Position numbers and translations under genes: made by a program
The notes under the pieces: model-generated
Seen by the model: the letters and a program-made list of their open reading frames with translations, nothing else
Told to the model about the DNA's origin: nothing
Database searches by the model: none
Assembly: GCF_037042905.1 (NCBI RefSeq)
Contig: NC_087250.1
Location: 7,876,001-7,940,000, forward strand
Origin: Lytechinus pictus
Lineage: Eukaryota
Direction of reading: 5' to 3'
Length of the DNA: 64,000 nt
Part shown: positions 12,492-25,300 of the stretch, piece by piece
Layout of the letters: each line of letters starts with the position of its first letter
Numbering within the stretch: the first letter of the stretch is position 1

Positions 12492-14480
12492 ATGGCATTT
12501 TTAAACCGCTCCACTCGGAAGACCCTGGCCAAAGCTATCAGTGTAGGAATAGCCATCGCTCTCGTCATCATCCTAATAGAAACACTTGAAAGCCGCCAGG
12601 AGACTTTTTCGAGTGTCCAAGGTCCTGGAGGAATGAAAGGGGACTTCTTGCATGCAATGACCTGGATACAAGCTCCAAATAAATTACGAGTTGACAAAGC
12701 GAAGAGTTTCAGCTACAGGGGAAGGCACTGGAAGTACCTGTCGGAAGCTCTTGTAGATCTGCTGGGCTTTTCTAGTAAATGCCAGGAAGTTGGTCCTGAT
12801 GACAGGAAAGATGTTCGTCGTTCTGTGAGCGTGGTAATCATTCTACATTCTTCCCCATCTCAGAGGGCACTCAGAGGTAAAATACGGGAGACATGGGCGA
12901 ACCCTGAGGAACGCCAGAAACTCGGTGTCCTTGTGCAGTTTGTCATGGGTGGACCAGAAAGTCAGAGCGAAGAAAAGCTGCTCCAAGAAGAGTCGGATGC
13001 CCATGGGGATATCTTGGTTGGGAATTTCACCGATACTGTCCGAGCAACGACCTTGAAATCTCTGCTGGGGCTTCGATGGACTTTTGCGTTTTGTTCTCGA
13101 ATCAAGTACATCATCGAGGCAAGAGACAATACCTTCATATGGCTGGAAAAACTGCCGAAGGTTCTGCAGATCTTCAAAAGGGAAAAACATCCTCAATTTA
13201 TTCTCGGGGCTCGATCGAACACCTCCAGGGTGGACCATAACTCCCCGAGTGAATTCTACGTCGGAAGTGCCGTTTTAAATCGAGAATACTACCCACCTTA
13301 CTGCTCTTTGCAAGCTGGCATTGTCATTCCTTTTGATCTGGCTATGAGCTATTACAAATACACTTGGTCAACGCCGTCACTGGTTCCATTTGCCGACGCC
13401 TTGATAGGTCTGACTGCAGAAGAGTATGGCTGGGAAGTCAGACAGAGCAACGCTTTCTCTCTTAAACATATTGAACCCAACGACGCTTGTCCAATAAGTT
13501 CACACTTCACCGCAATCTCTCCCAGCTTTTACCATATCCCCAAAATATGGGAAGAACTGAAAGACAAGACGTTCATGAAGGAATGTGAGGACCCCGACAT
13601 GGACATCATCTACGCTGGAAAATCAGCAAACAATGCCAAGTATTTTGAAACGGTGTTGACAACTGTGAAGCAAAGTTCTGACGTCACTTGCACTGATCCG
13701 GATGTGTTCATGCTGGTTCTCATCGCATCCCATCCAGCCCGCAAGACCTCCAGAGATGCCATCCGACAAACCTGGGCCAACAAGGGATTCTTGAGTTCTC
13801 TCTCAAGGAAGGTCAAAGTGTTGTTTCTCATCGGACAACCCTACCCACCCGATCCTGCACTGAGATTATCTCTAGACGAGGAGCACGGGCAGGACGGCGA
13901 TCTCCTGGAAGGGAATTTCTTGGATACCTTCAAGAACCTGACCTTAAAACATATGTTTGGTTTAACCTGGACAGCTAAACACTGCAACAATGCAAAATAC
14001 TTCCTCAAGGGTGATGACGACGTATTCGCCAACCTCAGAAACATCTTGCACCTTCTGCAGGAAATGAACAGCCATGGCAAAGGTCTTCAAGAACTCTACC
14101 TCGGAGACGGCGGAAGGGAATACCGCAACAAAAATCAGGATAAGAAGTACCATGTAGCGTCTGAGGAATACAATGGCAGGGTCTTCCCTCAGTATTGCGT
14201 TGGCGGGGGCTACATCCTCTCCATAGACCTTATAGATCGTCTTCTCAAGGAGTCGCTGCGGACACCGTTGGTGTCCTCAAGGGATGATGTATTCGTTGGT
14301 ATCCTCCTGAGGAGATTAGATGTGCCTTTGATTTACAATGATGGCTTTCACTACAGAATGGGTCCGACCGATACATGTTCCCTCAGGAACAAAGAATTCA
14401 TGGTGATGCATGTCCACGATGACGTCGAGAAACTAGTGAAGATTTGGTTAAACTTCGTTAATCCAAACGCAGTTTGCTGA
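12492..14480 (+). CDS. Beta-1,3-galactosyltransferase/GlcNAc-transferase family (GT31) protein with two tandem Galactosyl_T domains; single coding exon, 662 aa
   Basis: First ATG at 12492; N-terminal TM segment ISVGIAIALVIILI; motifs R.AIRQTW, EE...GDLL.GNF.DTF.NLTLK, LKGDDDVF, FPQYCVGGGY, DDVFVG in domain 2 and parallel motifs in domain 1; candidate acceptor at 12313-12315 suggests a 5'UTR intron. Confidence 0.93.
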   Translation: MAFLNRSTRKTLAKAISVGIAIALVIILIETLESRQETFSSVQGPGGMKGDFLHAMTWIQAPNKLRVDKAKSFSYRGRHWKYLSEALVDLLGFSSKCQEVGPDDRKDVRRSVSVVIILHSSPSQRALRGKIRETWANPEERQKLGVLVQFVMGGPESQSEEKLLQEESDAHGDILVGNFTDTVRATTLKSLLGLRWTFAFCSRIKYIIEARDNTFIWLEKLPKVLQIFKREKHPQFILGARSNTSRVDHNSPSEFYVGSAVLNREYYPPYCSLQAGIVIPFDLAMSYYKYTWSTPSLVPFADALIGLTAEEYGWEVRQSNAFSLKHIEPNDACPISSHFTAISPSFYHIPKIWEELKDKTFMKECEDPDMDIIYAGKSANNAKYFETVLTTVKQSSDVTCTDPDVFMLVLIASHPARKTSRDAIRQTWANKGFLSSLSRKVKVLFLIGQPYPPDPALRLSLDEEHGQDGDLLEGNFLDTFKNLTLKHMFGLTWTAKHCNNAKYFLKGDDDVFANLRNILHLLQEMNSHGKGLQELYLGDGGREYRNKNQDKKYHVASEEYNGRVFPQYCVGGGYILSIDLIDRLLKESLRTPLVSSRDDVFVGILLRRLDVPLIYNDGFHYRMGPTDTCSLRNKEFMVMHVHDDVEKLVKIWLNFVNPNAVC

Positions 14481-14579
14481 TCTCTATAAACTGCAATGAC
14501 TTTTTTTTAAATTAAAATCTAGACTCGAATAGAATTTTTGTTAATTCTAATGCGGTCAAGAATTCTCAAAACTGCAATA

Positions 14580-15052
14580 ATAATAAACTAGATTTGGTTG
14601 TATTTTGTTAATCCAACCGCAGTCTGTAATTATGAGAAAAAAATCAAGACTTTCGTTACACTTAGTTAATCCCAAATGCTGTCTGCTAATCCCTAGACTG
14701 CAATAATAAAATAAATCTACATTTAGTTGAATTTTGATATTCCCAATGTTAGTCTATTAATCTCGATCCAATTAAAAACAATATTTGAATTTCATATATC
14801 TTAATGTGTTCTGCTTATGTCTAAACTACAATTTATATATTTAAAAAATCCCTCTAGATTTGGTTGAATTTCGTTAATCCAAGTGCATTTTGCTACTTCT
14901 AGGCTTGCAATAGTAATCCTCTAAATTTGGATGAATTTCGTGAATAATGTTGGAATTTAGTCTTTTGATTTCTAACTCCAATGCTAAAAAAGATCTCAGG
15001 AATTGTTTGAACTTCGTTAATCTTATTGCAATTTGCTAAGTCTCTATACATG
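14580..15052 (+). repeat. Degenerate repeats copying the last ~40 nt of the GT31 CDS
   Basis: CDS end agatttggttaaacttcgttaatccaaacgcagtttgctga echoed at ~14590, 14660, 14720, 14856, 14924 and 15000. Confidence 0.75.
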
Positions 15053-15091
15053 ATCAACCCCTTCTTAAACACATATTCTAAACTTACTACA

Positions 15092-15360
15092 GATAGCGTT
15101 GTGGCCCAGTGGATTAGTCTTCGGACTTTGAAACAGAGGGTCGTGGGTTCGAATCCCAGCCATGGCGTAATTTCTTTCAACAAGAAACTGATCCACAGTG
15201 TGCTGCACTCAACCCAGGTGAGGTAAATGGGTACCGGTAGGAAGTAATTCCTTAAAAAGCTGTGTGCGCTATGAACGCTTAGCTTAGCCGGGTAATATAG
15301 GAGCGCCTTGAGCACCTAACAAGGTGGATATGTGCGCAATATAAATACCCTATATTATAA
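15092..15360 (+). mobile_element. tRNA-derived SINE
   Basis: A-box tggcccagtgg, B-box ggttcgaatcc, shared body gtgctgcactcracccaggtgaggt, short TAT tail. Confidence 0.85.
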
Positions 15361-15943
15361 TTGTAATGTCCAGGCTTCTATTCGAACCTATATTCCATGG
15401 CAAACTAATGGTAAGTTTTGATTTGAATGTCAAATTTGACGGGGGAACTTTATGGCAGGCATAGTGATTTTTCTCACTGGCTTTTTTTTGTTTTGTTATA
15501 GGCTACAGAAATCCTTCAGGTATTTGGCTCATAGCTCATAACCATTAGTACCAGTCTCCGAAACTATATTAATTTTGTCTTTGAGAGAAATTATGTAAAA
15601 ATTTATGTTCATTCTATCAACATTCACATTAATTCTTTATAGCTCAAACATCCGAACTTTTCGCATTTACTACGGAGACACTCTACAACGCACAAAATTC
15701 CTTTGAATATACAAGTCAAATCACAACGGAGAGCTGAAAGGCTTTTGTCGAAAGTTGATGGACCGGAACAGCATCGGAATCTCGACTCTGGACAACGACA
15801 TATTTGCAATTGTTCGTCCGGTGCAAATCTTCGGATGATCTACTGTCCAGGCCAGTCCACCAATTACTCTCGACAAAAGCCTCTATGAGCTCTCCATTGT
15901 GATTTTAATTGCATTTTCAAGGGAATCGATGCATTGTAATTAG

Positions 15944-16455
15944 ACCCGGGGGCCACTTCCATTGACGAGTGGATACCATGCGCGACCATGTGGTCTCGGA
16001 AAGCACCCTAAACACGTAATTTCCATGTTCTGAAAATGCACCCCTTAACAAGTATTGGCGTGTGATAAAACCCTATACCCTTACCAAGTATCGGAAACAA
16101 AACGATACTCTTGGCAAGTATTCCCTGAATAGAACCCCTAAACAGGTACAGCAATATTTTAATTGTTGTGTCACGGACGTCGGTCGTCGGTTTTACCTTT
16201 GCCTAAGGTTGGGTTTAGTACAGCCCCACCTCCACTTGGGGCAACAATTTAGTCTTTTTGTACCGTCGCAAATTCGACCCTAAACGCGTAGCTACCTAGT
16301 GAAAATAGACACCCTTTTTTCATTATTTTAGTGCTCTGTTTTTGACACCCTTATTACGTTACGTACGTAACGTGCCCTATATTGAAAAAGACATACTTTT
16401 TACGTTTTTGGGGTCGCTCATGGTATCCACTCGTCAATGCAAGTGGCCCCCGGGG
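15944..16455. mobile_element. MITE family with (CCC)GGGG...CCCC(GGG) ends, copy 1 of 3
   Basis: TIR cacttccattgacgagtggataccatgcgcgacc ... atggtatccactcgtcaatg. Confidence 0.85.
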
Positions 16456-16525
16456 TTGTAGATAATGCTTGTCATAGTGTCTTTTCATGACGACTGTGGT
16501 TATGATAAACCAATGAAAACCATAC

Positions 16526-16766
16526 ACTGCAAAAACACCGGTGTTGATTTAACTCCAGCCCGGAATCTATATAGGTCCACACCAGAGAAGTGTTAAACAA
16601 CACCAGTTTGGTTTTGGTCTAACACCAGATAGGTGTTTATACAACACCAATAGGTATTAAAACGGCATGGGTTTGATTCCAAACTGGTGTGTTTCAATAC
16701 TTCTCTGGTGTGGACATACATAGATTCCGGGCTGGTGTTAAATCAACACCGGAGTTTTTGCAATGT
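16526..16766. mobile_element. CACT-terminated palindromic MITE (EnSpm/CACTA-like)
   Basis: ta|cactgcaaaaacaccggtgttgattta ... taaatcaacaccggagtttttgcaatg|ta. Confidence 0.75.
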
Positions 16767-17137
16767 ATCCTGTCAATAACCACATTTTGTCATGGTTAAA
16801 ATAACATCCTAACATCCATGGTAGATTGAAATTATGACCTTTGTCGTGTAAGGTTTATTTTGATTATTTGACATATTTGGTGTTCCATTTAGCATGCAGT
16901 GCGAATTGCTTTCTTTGAGGTGGAAACGTAAATTGTTTTGCAACCTAAGGACCTTGATTATGTGTAATAACATAAATAAATGACCGTCATAATTATGTTG
17001 AAACAAGATGTATTTCTCGGATTGGCTTTTCTCAATACTCACTCGTCACGAAAAGGCAAATAGACAACGTGGGTAGTGGACGAACTGATGGTAGACCAAA
17101 TGATAGTAGACAAGTTGGTAATTGGACCGATTGGCAT

Positions 17138-17406
17138 TAATCTTCGGACTTTGAAACATAGGGTCGTGGGTTCAAATCCCAGCCATGGCGTAATTTCCTT
17201 CGGCAAGAAATTTATCCACATTGTGCTGCACTCGACCCAGGTGAGGTAAATGGGTACCTGGCAGGAATTTATTCTTTGAAATGCCAACGCGCTGTAAACG
17301 GCTGCGAGGCTAAAGCCAGGGTAATAATATCCAATTAAGCGCATAGGGACGCATTTGGCAGTGATATGCGCTATATAAGCATGTTGGTATTATTATTATT
17401 ATTATT
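17138..17406 (+). mobile_element. tRNA-derived SINE, 5'-truncated
   Basis: Same body as the 15092 copy; (TAT)n tail. Confidence 0.85.
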
Positions 17407-19063
17407 AAACCAATTGAAAATAAACCCTAACCCCTATAGCATTCTCTTGGAAGTTTACCCAATTAAGCTACTCCCTTTCACCCTTCATGACGAAAAAAAA
17501 ACATGTTTAGAACTTTATACAACGCAGTTTACTATATGACCTTACAGTAGTTATTCAAAATCTTAAACAACCATGCTAAATTTGTTAAGTATTAAGGGTT
17601 CAAGGCTCAACTTTGTTGTTTAAATATTTATTCACTTGTTTAAACTGTTTAAACAACTGTAAGTTTCATAGTAAACAACGTTGTATAAGATTGGATGTTA
17701 CCCAAAATAATATTGGATAATCATCCTCCAGGATTACCGGAGGGGCGGAAATCTCTCCCAAAAGGTAGGGGGGGGGGGGACAAGGGCTGGAAAATTTGAC
17801 AAGCAAAAAAAAAAATAGGGTTGCCACCCCAAATTTAAGGTCATTTCGACGAAAATAAATTTGATAAGCAAAAAAAAAGGTTATCATCCCCAAAGCAAGG
17901 TGATCTCGTCCTAAAATACATGTTTTAATACGATTTTGAATCATGTATTTCTTACCATCATAAAAGACCACAAACAGACAAATAGTAGGGGGGAATTTGA
18001 TATTGTGTCCCCCCTACTATTTTGAGTAGGGGGGACACGTCCCTGTCCCCCCCTGGGATTTCCGCCCATGGATCATTACCGGACGCACTTTTTTCTTAGG
18101 AACTTTTCCGGACAACTATCCGACACAACTTTCCCCAAGCTATTTCAGGTAAACAAGGTGACTCACAACATACTAAATCTGAACTTTTTTTGTATTTGTG
18201 TTGCAGCGTTTTAAAGAGGAAGTTCACTCTGACAAAAAAATAATTTTAAAAAATAGCTGATACATTTTAATAAACAATATTGGAGAAGGTTTGAGAAAAA
18301 TCCATCAAAGGTTTATTAAAAAGTTATTAGAATTTCAAATATGTGATTTTTGACGTCATGTGCGAGCGGCATTCCGACATAGCGAATGGTAAAAAAATAA
18401 ATGAATTGTCATTTTCTTAGAAAATTGAAAACGGTTTTTAACTGTACCTTTTTATATCAATAGACAACGATTTCACACCCGATCATGAAGAGAAAATAAA
18501 AATAAGTCATCAGGAACCATTAAAATAATGAAATTCATGCATTTTATATGTATACATCACATAATTATGGGGCAGCTGCTCGTTTATGCATGACGCCACA
18601 AATCCAAAACTTAAAATTATAATAATGGATTTTCCTCAAACTTTCACCAATATTTTTTAAATCATTTTTTCTGCTATTTTACAACAAACTTTTCTTCAGG
18701 ATGAACTTTCCCTTTGTGCTAACAACTCCGTCAATTATAACCATGATGGAGGTTTTTAGATCTGTGCAAAATCATTCACATGCACATTGTAACCGGAAGA
18801 GCCGGTGGTGAGGACTTATGGGACGGGAAATATAAAGAGTGCAGTTGCTTCGGATAATGCATTAGCTCCTTCCGAAATATTTGTTAATGTTGCGAATTTC
18901 TTCGTAGGTGAATTTGGTGATTTATGTTTTGAATCACATAGACATTGCTCTATTTCAGTTGAAATTGTTTATACGAAAGATCGTTGCCGAGCGAAAATAT
19001 ATAGTCAATTCCAAAGATATAACGTTTCGAGTGAAAAAAAGCAAATAACGGTCGAATGGGAAT

Positions 19064-19641
19064 CCCGGGGGGGGGCACTTCCATTGACGAGTGGATACCA
19101 TGCGCGACCCTGGGGTCTCGAAAAGCACCCTAAACACGTATTTTCCATATTCTGAAAATGCACCCCTTAACAAGTATTGGTGTGTGAAACCCTACCCTTA
19201 ACCATGTTAACAAGTATTGGAAACTAAACAATACTCTTGGCAAGTATTCCCTGAATTGACCCCCTAAACAAGTACAACGATATTTTCATTGTTATGTCAC
19301 TGTCGTCGGTTTTACCTTTACCTCTTGGGTTTAGTACAGCCCCACCTCCCACACCTCGCGCAAATCATACTCTAAACACGTAGTGTTGACTCTTTGGGCA
19401 AAAAGTACATCCTTTATAAACATTTTAGTCTTGATTTTGTACACCCTCACAAATTTGACCCTAAACACGTAGCTTTCCTAGCGAAAATAGATACCCTTTT
19501 TCATTATTTTAGTGTTTTTGACACCCTTATTACGTTACGTACGTAACGTGCCCTATTTTAAAAAAGACATCCTTCCTTTTTACGTGTTTTTTGGTCGCGC
19601 ATGGTATCCACTCGTCAATGTAAGTGCCCCCTCCCCCCGGG
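19064..19641. mobile_element. MITE, CCCGG-ended family, copy 2
   Basis: Same TIRs and interior as the 15944 copy. Confidence 0.85.
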
Positions 19642-19956
19642 ATGGGAATATGACAGAAGAAATTCGATTGTTCGAAACCCGTTATGGCGGAGGGGGGGGG
19701 GTAGTCTGCTCAGCGATCCCTTCTCTCGAGTTGAGGGGTCCGAATGCAAATCCTACAATAAACTGTGTACTGAGTGCCTTTTCGCTCACTCTGAATTGAC
19801 CCAGCAAGTTTTATGTGCGCTAGTCTTTGTGGGGAAAACACACTTCTTGATAAAAGTTTCTATCAGGGTCTGTGCCTTCAAACTAGGGCGGGGGCGGCAC
19901 TCCATTTTGGAAAGGGTAGGGCTGTGTGACCCCAACATCCAACACCATACCCTTAA

Positions 19957-20544
19957 AGATCAAGTCCACCCCAGAAAAATGTTGTTTTGAATAAATAGAG
20001 AAAATCAATCTAGCATAACGCTGAAAATTTCATCAAAATCTGATGTAAAATAAGGAAGTTTTAAAATTTCGCTCATTTTTCACAAAACAGTGATATGCAC
20101 AACTCAATGACATGCAAATGAGACAGACGATGATGTCCTTCACTCGCTATTTTTTTTTTTTTATTGTTTGACTTATACAATATTTAATTTTTTACAGATT
20201 TGACAATAAGGACCGACTTGACTGAACTAAATAGTATTTAATGCTAATTCCACATGTTCAGGGATGAAGTATAATCGTTGTTTCTCTTGGCAATGAGGAG
20301 AAAATTATAATATTTCATATTTCATAATAAAATACAAAAGAAATAGTGAGTGGTCAGAGTGGATGACGTCATCAGTCTCCTCATTTGCATACCGACCAGG
20401 ATATGCATATAACTGTTTTATGAAATCAAGGGAAACTTTAATATGTCACTAACTTTCCTATTTTACATTTGATTTCAATGTAATTTTTAGTGTAATGCTT
20501 GTTGGAATTTTCTCTTTTTATTCAAATCGACTTTTTGTTGGGGT
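19957..20544. mobile_element. Kolobok-like TTAA MITE copy (right end eroded)
   Basis: Collinear with 1558-2149. Confidence 0.8.
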
Positions 20545-21266
20545 CACATAAAAGAAAGGTGAAGAGTAAAATTTCTGAGGAATACTAGAATCGTGAGACT
20601 TGATGTCAGCTGTAGATTTCTTTTTTTTTTTAAATGCATGTTATTGAAGAAAGGGAGAAATTGGTGTATTTTGAACTTGGTTATTCCTTATCTACCATAA
20701 AATTATGTAGGTTCTATACAACAGCCAAAAAAAAAATAGTAGTCATCGTAGTAGTAGTAAAACAATCGAAAGTTATGAATGAAATTCTTTGGAAGGAAGA
20801 AGAACATTTCCGGTCATGCCGGTGAGAGTTTTCCAAGTGATATTGACGTTGGTCAAACGTCACACTATTTGTGAGTCAGATTACTCAGGATTAGGATTAT
20901 CCCTAACAGGGAAGCCTTGTGACACTGGTGTACATCCCGGATCCCGGGGATGGTGATGGATATATCACCCCCCCCCACACACACACACACACACACAGGC
21001 AATTATTACAGATGTTATACTGGTAAACTGCCGATTCGTCTTCTGCCAAGTCGTCCACTCATGACATTGCCTATACTTTCATTAAGTCTAATGTCATCTC
21101 ATCCTTCAACATTTCGTCTAACAGCCATTTGGTCCAATAATCACTTCTTCTAATCACCAGTTAGTCTATGACCATTTCGTCTCATAACCAGTTGGTCTAA
21201 TACCCATTTTCTTTTCATTCATCTCATCCAATTAACACTTGATCCAATATATGGACGAAACGGGTG

Positions 21267-21590
21267 CACTGTTAGAAAAACATAAGATTTTACAGAAGAA
21301 AAATTAAAAAAACAGATTTTACAGAAAGAAGTAACCAAATCAATCTGTAAATTGTTAAAACAGGAAAGATTTCATACAATTTTTTATAGAATTTTACAGA
21401 ACAGGTCTGTTTTAAAAAGGGTGAAAACAGTTTTATTACAATAAATTTGTAAGGTTACATACACCAAATATCTATTTTCTGTAATTTTACACAAATGCAT
21501 GTAATATTACTCAGTGCAGTAAGATTACAGGTGTTCTCGAGACTCTGCTGCAGGAATTTTTTTTTTATAAGTAGAAATTTTCTAACAGTG
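21267..21590. mobile_element. CACTG-terminated MITE
   Basis: cactgttagaaaa ... ttttctaacagtg. Confidence 0.7.
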
Positions 21591-22337
21591 TAACTGGTTA
21601 TTATATACGAAAATGGTGAGTGGACGAAATATGGCCATTAGACCATGCGGACAGAGGCGTCGATCCTGGGGGGGGGGGGGCAGGGGGGGGCGATCGCCCC
21701 ACCAATGAAAATATTGGGGGGGGGGGGCAAACATATCGTTTTGCCCCCCAATAATTCCGGATGTGCAAAAATAAAATAAGATTGTAATGTTCAGCAAGCG
21801 AGATTGAGATACACAAATCGTGCTCAAAATGTCCGCTTTCCAGATTGGAATATACAAAATTTTAACTCGCGCTTTGCGCTCGCATCATTTCTATAGCAAA
21901 AAGCCATACTTTTCATGATTAAATAGGTGAGTATAATGTCCTGTTTTAAGTTCTAAACCTCCAAAGAACTACCGCTTCGATTTTCAATAATATACATCTT
22001 GTTTTTATCAAACGGCCATTAAACTGTCATTTTTTCAGATCGAAATATCAAAATTTTCAGCTCACGCTTCGCGCTCGCATCTATTGTTCTTTTAGATACC
22101 AATCTTAATCATTGGTACTAAAAATGCTTACAATATATCAAGCTTTCAGGTCAGAATATAAAGAAATTTCAGCTCGCTCTAGGCACTCGCATTATCTGTT
22201 TAGTAAGATATGTATCCTCCTCATGGGTCACTACAAACAGTCCTGCTTTTCCTGTTTTAAGGTCAGTATACTAAAAAATTTCAGCTCGCGCTTCGCGCTC
22301 GCATTATTTTGTTGGTGAGATACGTGTCTGTAGGGAG

Positions 22338-22368
<31 letters not shown>

Positions 22369-22375
<7 letters not shown>

Positions 22376-25300
22376 TGACCTGTCGAAATCAGACAGAATT
22401 CGCTCGATACCGTATTGAGAAAATGAGTAAAATGTTAAAAATCTTCAAAAATGTCGAATTTTTTTTTTCCATTTTAGGGATGTTTATATTTCAAGTATAC
22501 TCTGTCAAAAAATCAATCGAAAATGATAACGGGAAAGTGTCGAAAAAGCTGTTTTTCTGCGAGTGTTTTTTTTTCGGTCAGTTCGAACTTTTCTGACACT
22601 CCGCTCGTTCAGCAAGCTCAAATCTTCGCGCTGTACTAAGCTCCGCCCCTAGCAACGTACGCTATTGTTGATTGGCTGGCTATTCATAGTGGGATTTAGC
22701 TGAAATCGATGAGCTCGCTGAAGCCATTTAAACTCGCGTTTTAATCAGACATTGTCATTCCGCTCGTGCTTACATAACAACACAATACAGCTTTCGATCG
22801 CGTCATCATTACTCTCAGTATCAATCAAGTGTTTTATTACGACTTTGCCGAAATCAGTTCTTACGTTCGATTCTTTGAAAAGCGATGCTTTTGATCTATC
22901 TTTTTGAAGCGCGGGCGGGGAGGTTGTAATACAACTGGGAAGGGCGGGGGCGGGGGCGGGGGCGGGGGCGGGGGCGTGGGCGATGAGCTCGATCATTGGG
23001 TCTCAATAAAAGCCAAGGACAAAACGTATTCAAAACACGGTTTGTAAGTGAGGATTAATTTCATTGAATTACAAAGGATATGCTGAGTTGAGAAAATCTT
23101 TTATTTAATCTTAGGCCCATTATCAGGATTTTTTCATTAAGCGGTAAACTTGAGATGGCATTTTCAAAAGAATGTTTCTCAAATTCTTTAAAATATTGAT
23201 CGTCAGTGAATGCGTGTTGATTTATAAAGTTCAACAGAACGAAAGAGATCAAATCTATCATTTTCCCCTCACTATGTTGGTTCACTGTGTATTCCCATGT
23301 CTTTTTTTGCATGGTTCTCTCCGTTGGCCATTGTCATAGGTATTTATTTCACATGGAATTCATTATAACTATTGTTATCCGAGGGGTCTATGATCCAGCT
23401 TCTAAGTGGACCTCTCCATTTCTAGCGAAATATTATTAATTCACCATAGTTTTTTTTTTATTGCAATGAGTTTTTATCAATTTTGGTTTCACATTTATAA
23501 ATGTAACTGAAAATATATAAATATAACTGAAAGGTAGATTGCATGTATTCTACTTTGCATTATTGTCATGATACTTCTATGAAATTTGTATTTTTTGGGA
23601 AATGAGAAAAAAAATAAAAACTGAACTGAACTAAAACTGTAGCGGGAATAATCATAATCACTTATTCAAGATAGGGAAAGCGGGATCTGGAAATGTATAC
23701 TGTTTACCGTACACTTTGTGAACTGATAGGATTAGAATCATATCAAACCCTTTATGATTCAAACCTCTCGCCGTCAAATTTTCTCATGTCGTTTGAAGAA
23801 ACAATAGCATTAGCGAAATGTTAACAAAGATACCAACAAATCCAATAGAGAGATGAAACAAGAAAAAATATTGATTGCTTAATCAATCACAATCACCCGA
23901 CGATAATCGTGATTCAGGGTAACTACAATGATAATAATAGTATAATACTAACGAAGATAATAATAATGATAATACAAAATTTTGCTATTAGATTTGTACT
24001 TGAAATTTCCATCTGTTTATGTTCAGGATTTGTATTTTTCATTATGTTTGTATTTTGTTTTGTTTCATGTTATACAGGGCCCCCAAGTACAACAGTATTT
24101 GACTACTGATGGGGTTACCCTGTATAAATAATACCAAATAACTAAATAAATAAATAAATAAAATAACAATTATAATTACAGGGATGATGGTGATGATAAT
24201 CGTCAAAATGATAATTATGATAATTAAAAGAAAATCAATAATTAAATATAAAAATCAAATTGAGCTTGTACTGCCTTTTCCGTATCTCAACAGTTATGGC
24301 TATCAAAATAAAATAATTCTAATCAATAGGAATCATAAACTACTAGGCTTAATCTTAGTGTTTTCTTGCTATAGGCCTATAGCTATAGGCATAATAACGT
24401 TCTCTGATGGGTGAGAAGAAACATGGCATTAATACTGAATCTTGGTTGTGGTTTAACGTTATTGTGATAGAAAATAATAATAAAAAACAAAACAAGCATG
24501 TTCGAGTTAGCATCTGTGTCTGGCTTTGGTAGGCCTATTCATGACGAAATGCTAACAACGCAATCATTACAAAAATAAATAAAAAAAAACTGTTACGATT
24601 CCTATTTTTTTACTTTTGATGGTGCAAGCATATATAGGCCTTTACGTAGAAAAAAAAGACAGATTTGATAATGAACAATGAAGATAGTCCAGGGTGTAGC
24701 GATGGGGGTGGGGATGCTCCCGGCCTGCGCCAGGTGCAAAGTTTTTGTAAAATACTTCAAAAGGCTTAGGTTCTTTTCTTCTTCTAATTATAAAAGCTAG
24801 ATTAGGGTAAAGAAAGGAAGCATCCCCCTCGCCTTCCCGCCCGCGCTTCAAATAGATCAAAGGCATCGCTTTTAGTGTTCTCAAAAGCATGTTTTTAAGA
24901 AAAGTTTACAAAGAGGATGCGAATTCTAAAGGCGTAGGTGTGGCGATAATGGCACTGGGCCGGGCGGGGGCGTGGGCGATGGATAATGAGCTCGCGTATA
25001 ATCGCGAAATAAGAGCCAAGGGCAAAACGTATTCAAAACACGGTTTTGAGGATTAATTTCCTTAGAATTACAAAGGATACTATCAAGGAGACAATGATAA
25101 CAGGTACTTTCTCTATCATAGGCCATGATCAGAATCTTTTCATTATTTAAAACATTTTTTTTCCCGGAGATGGCATTTTCAAAAGAATTAAAGATTTTCA
25201 AATTTTTAGAAAATATTGATAGTCCGATCCGTGAACGTGTGCTAATCTATTAGTTTAAAAGAATAAATAAAGAAACTAAATCGAACGTCAAAGTTTGCGC

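Noticed and set aside
15092..15170. SINE heads as real tRNA genes, also 50552, 58746 and 60033
   Set aside because: No closed acceptor stem or terminator; they continue into a shared SINE body and TAT tail
14899..15315. ORFs with WLGFEPTTL motif, also 17039-17344
   Set aside because: Antisense translation of the SINE B-box region
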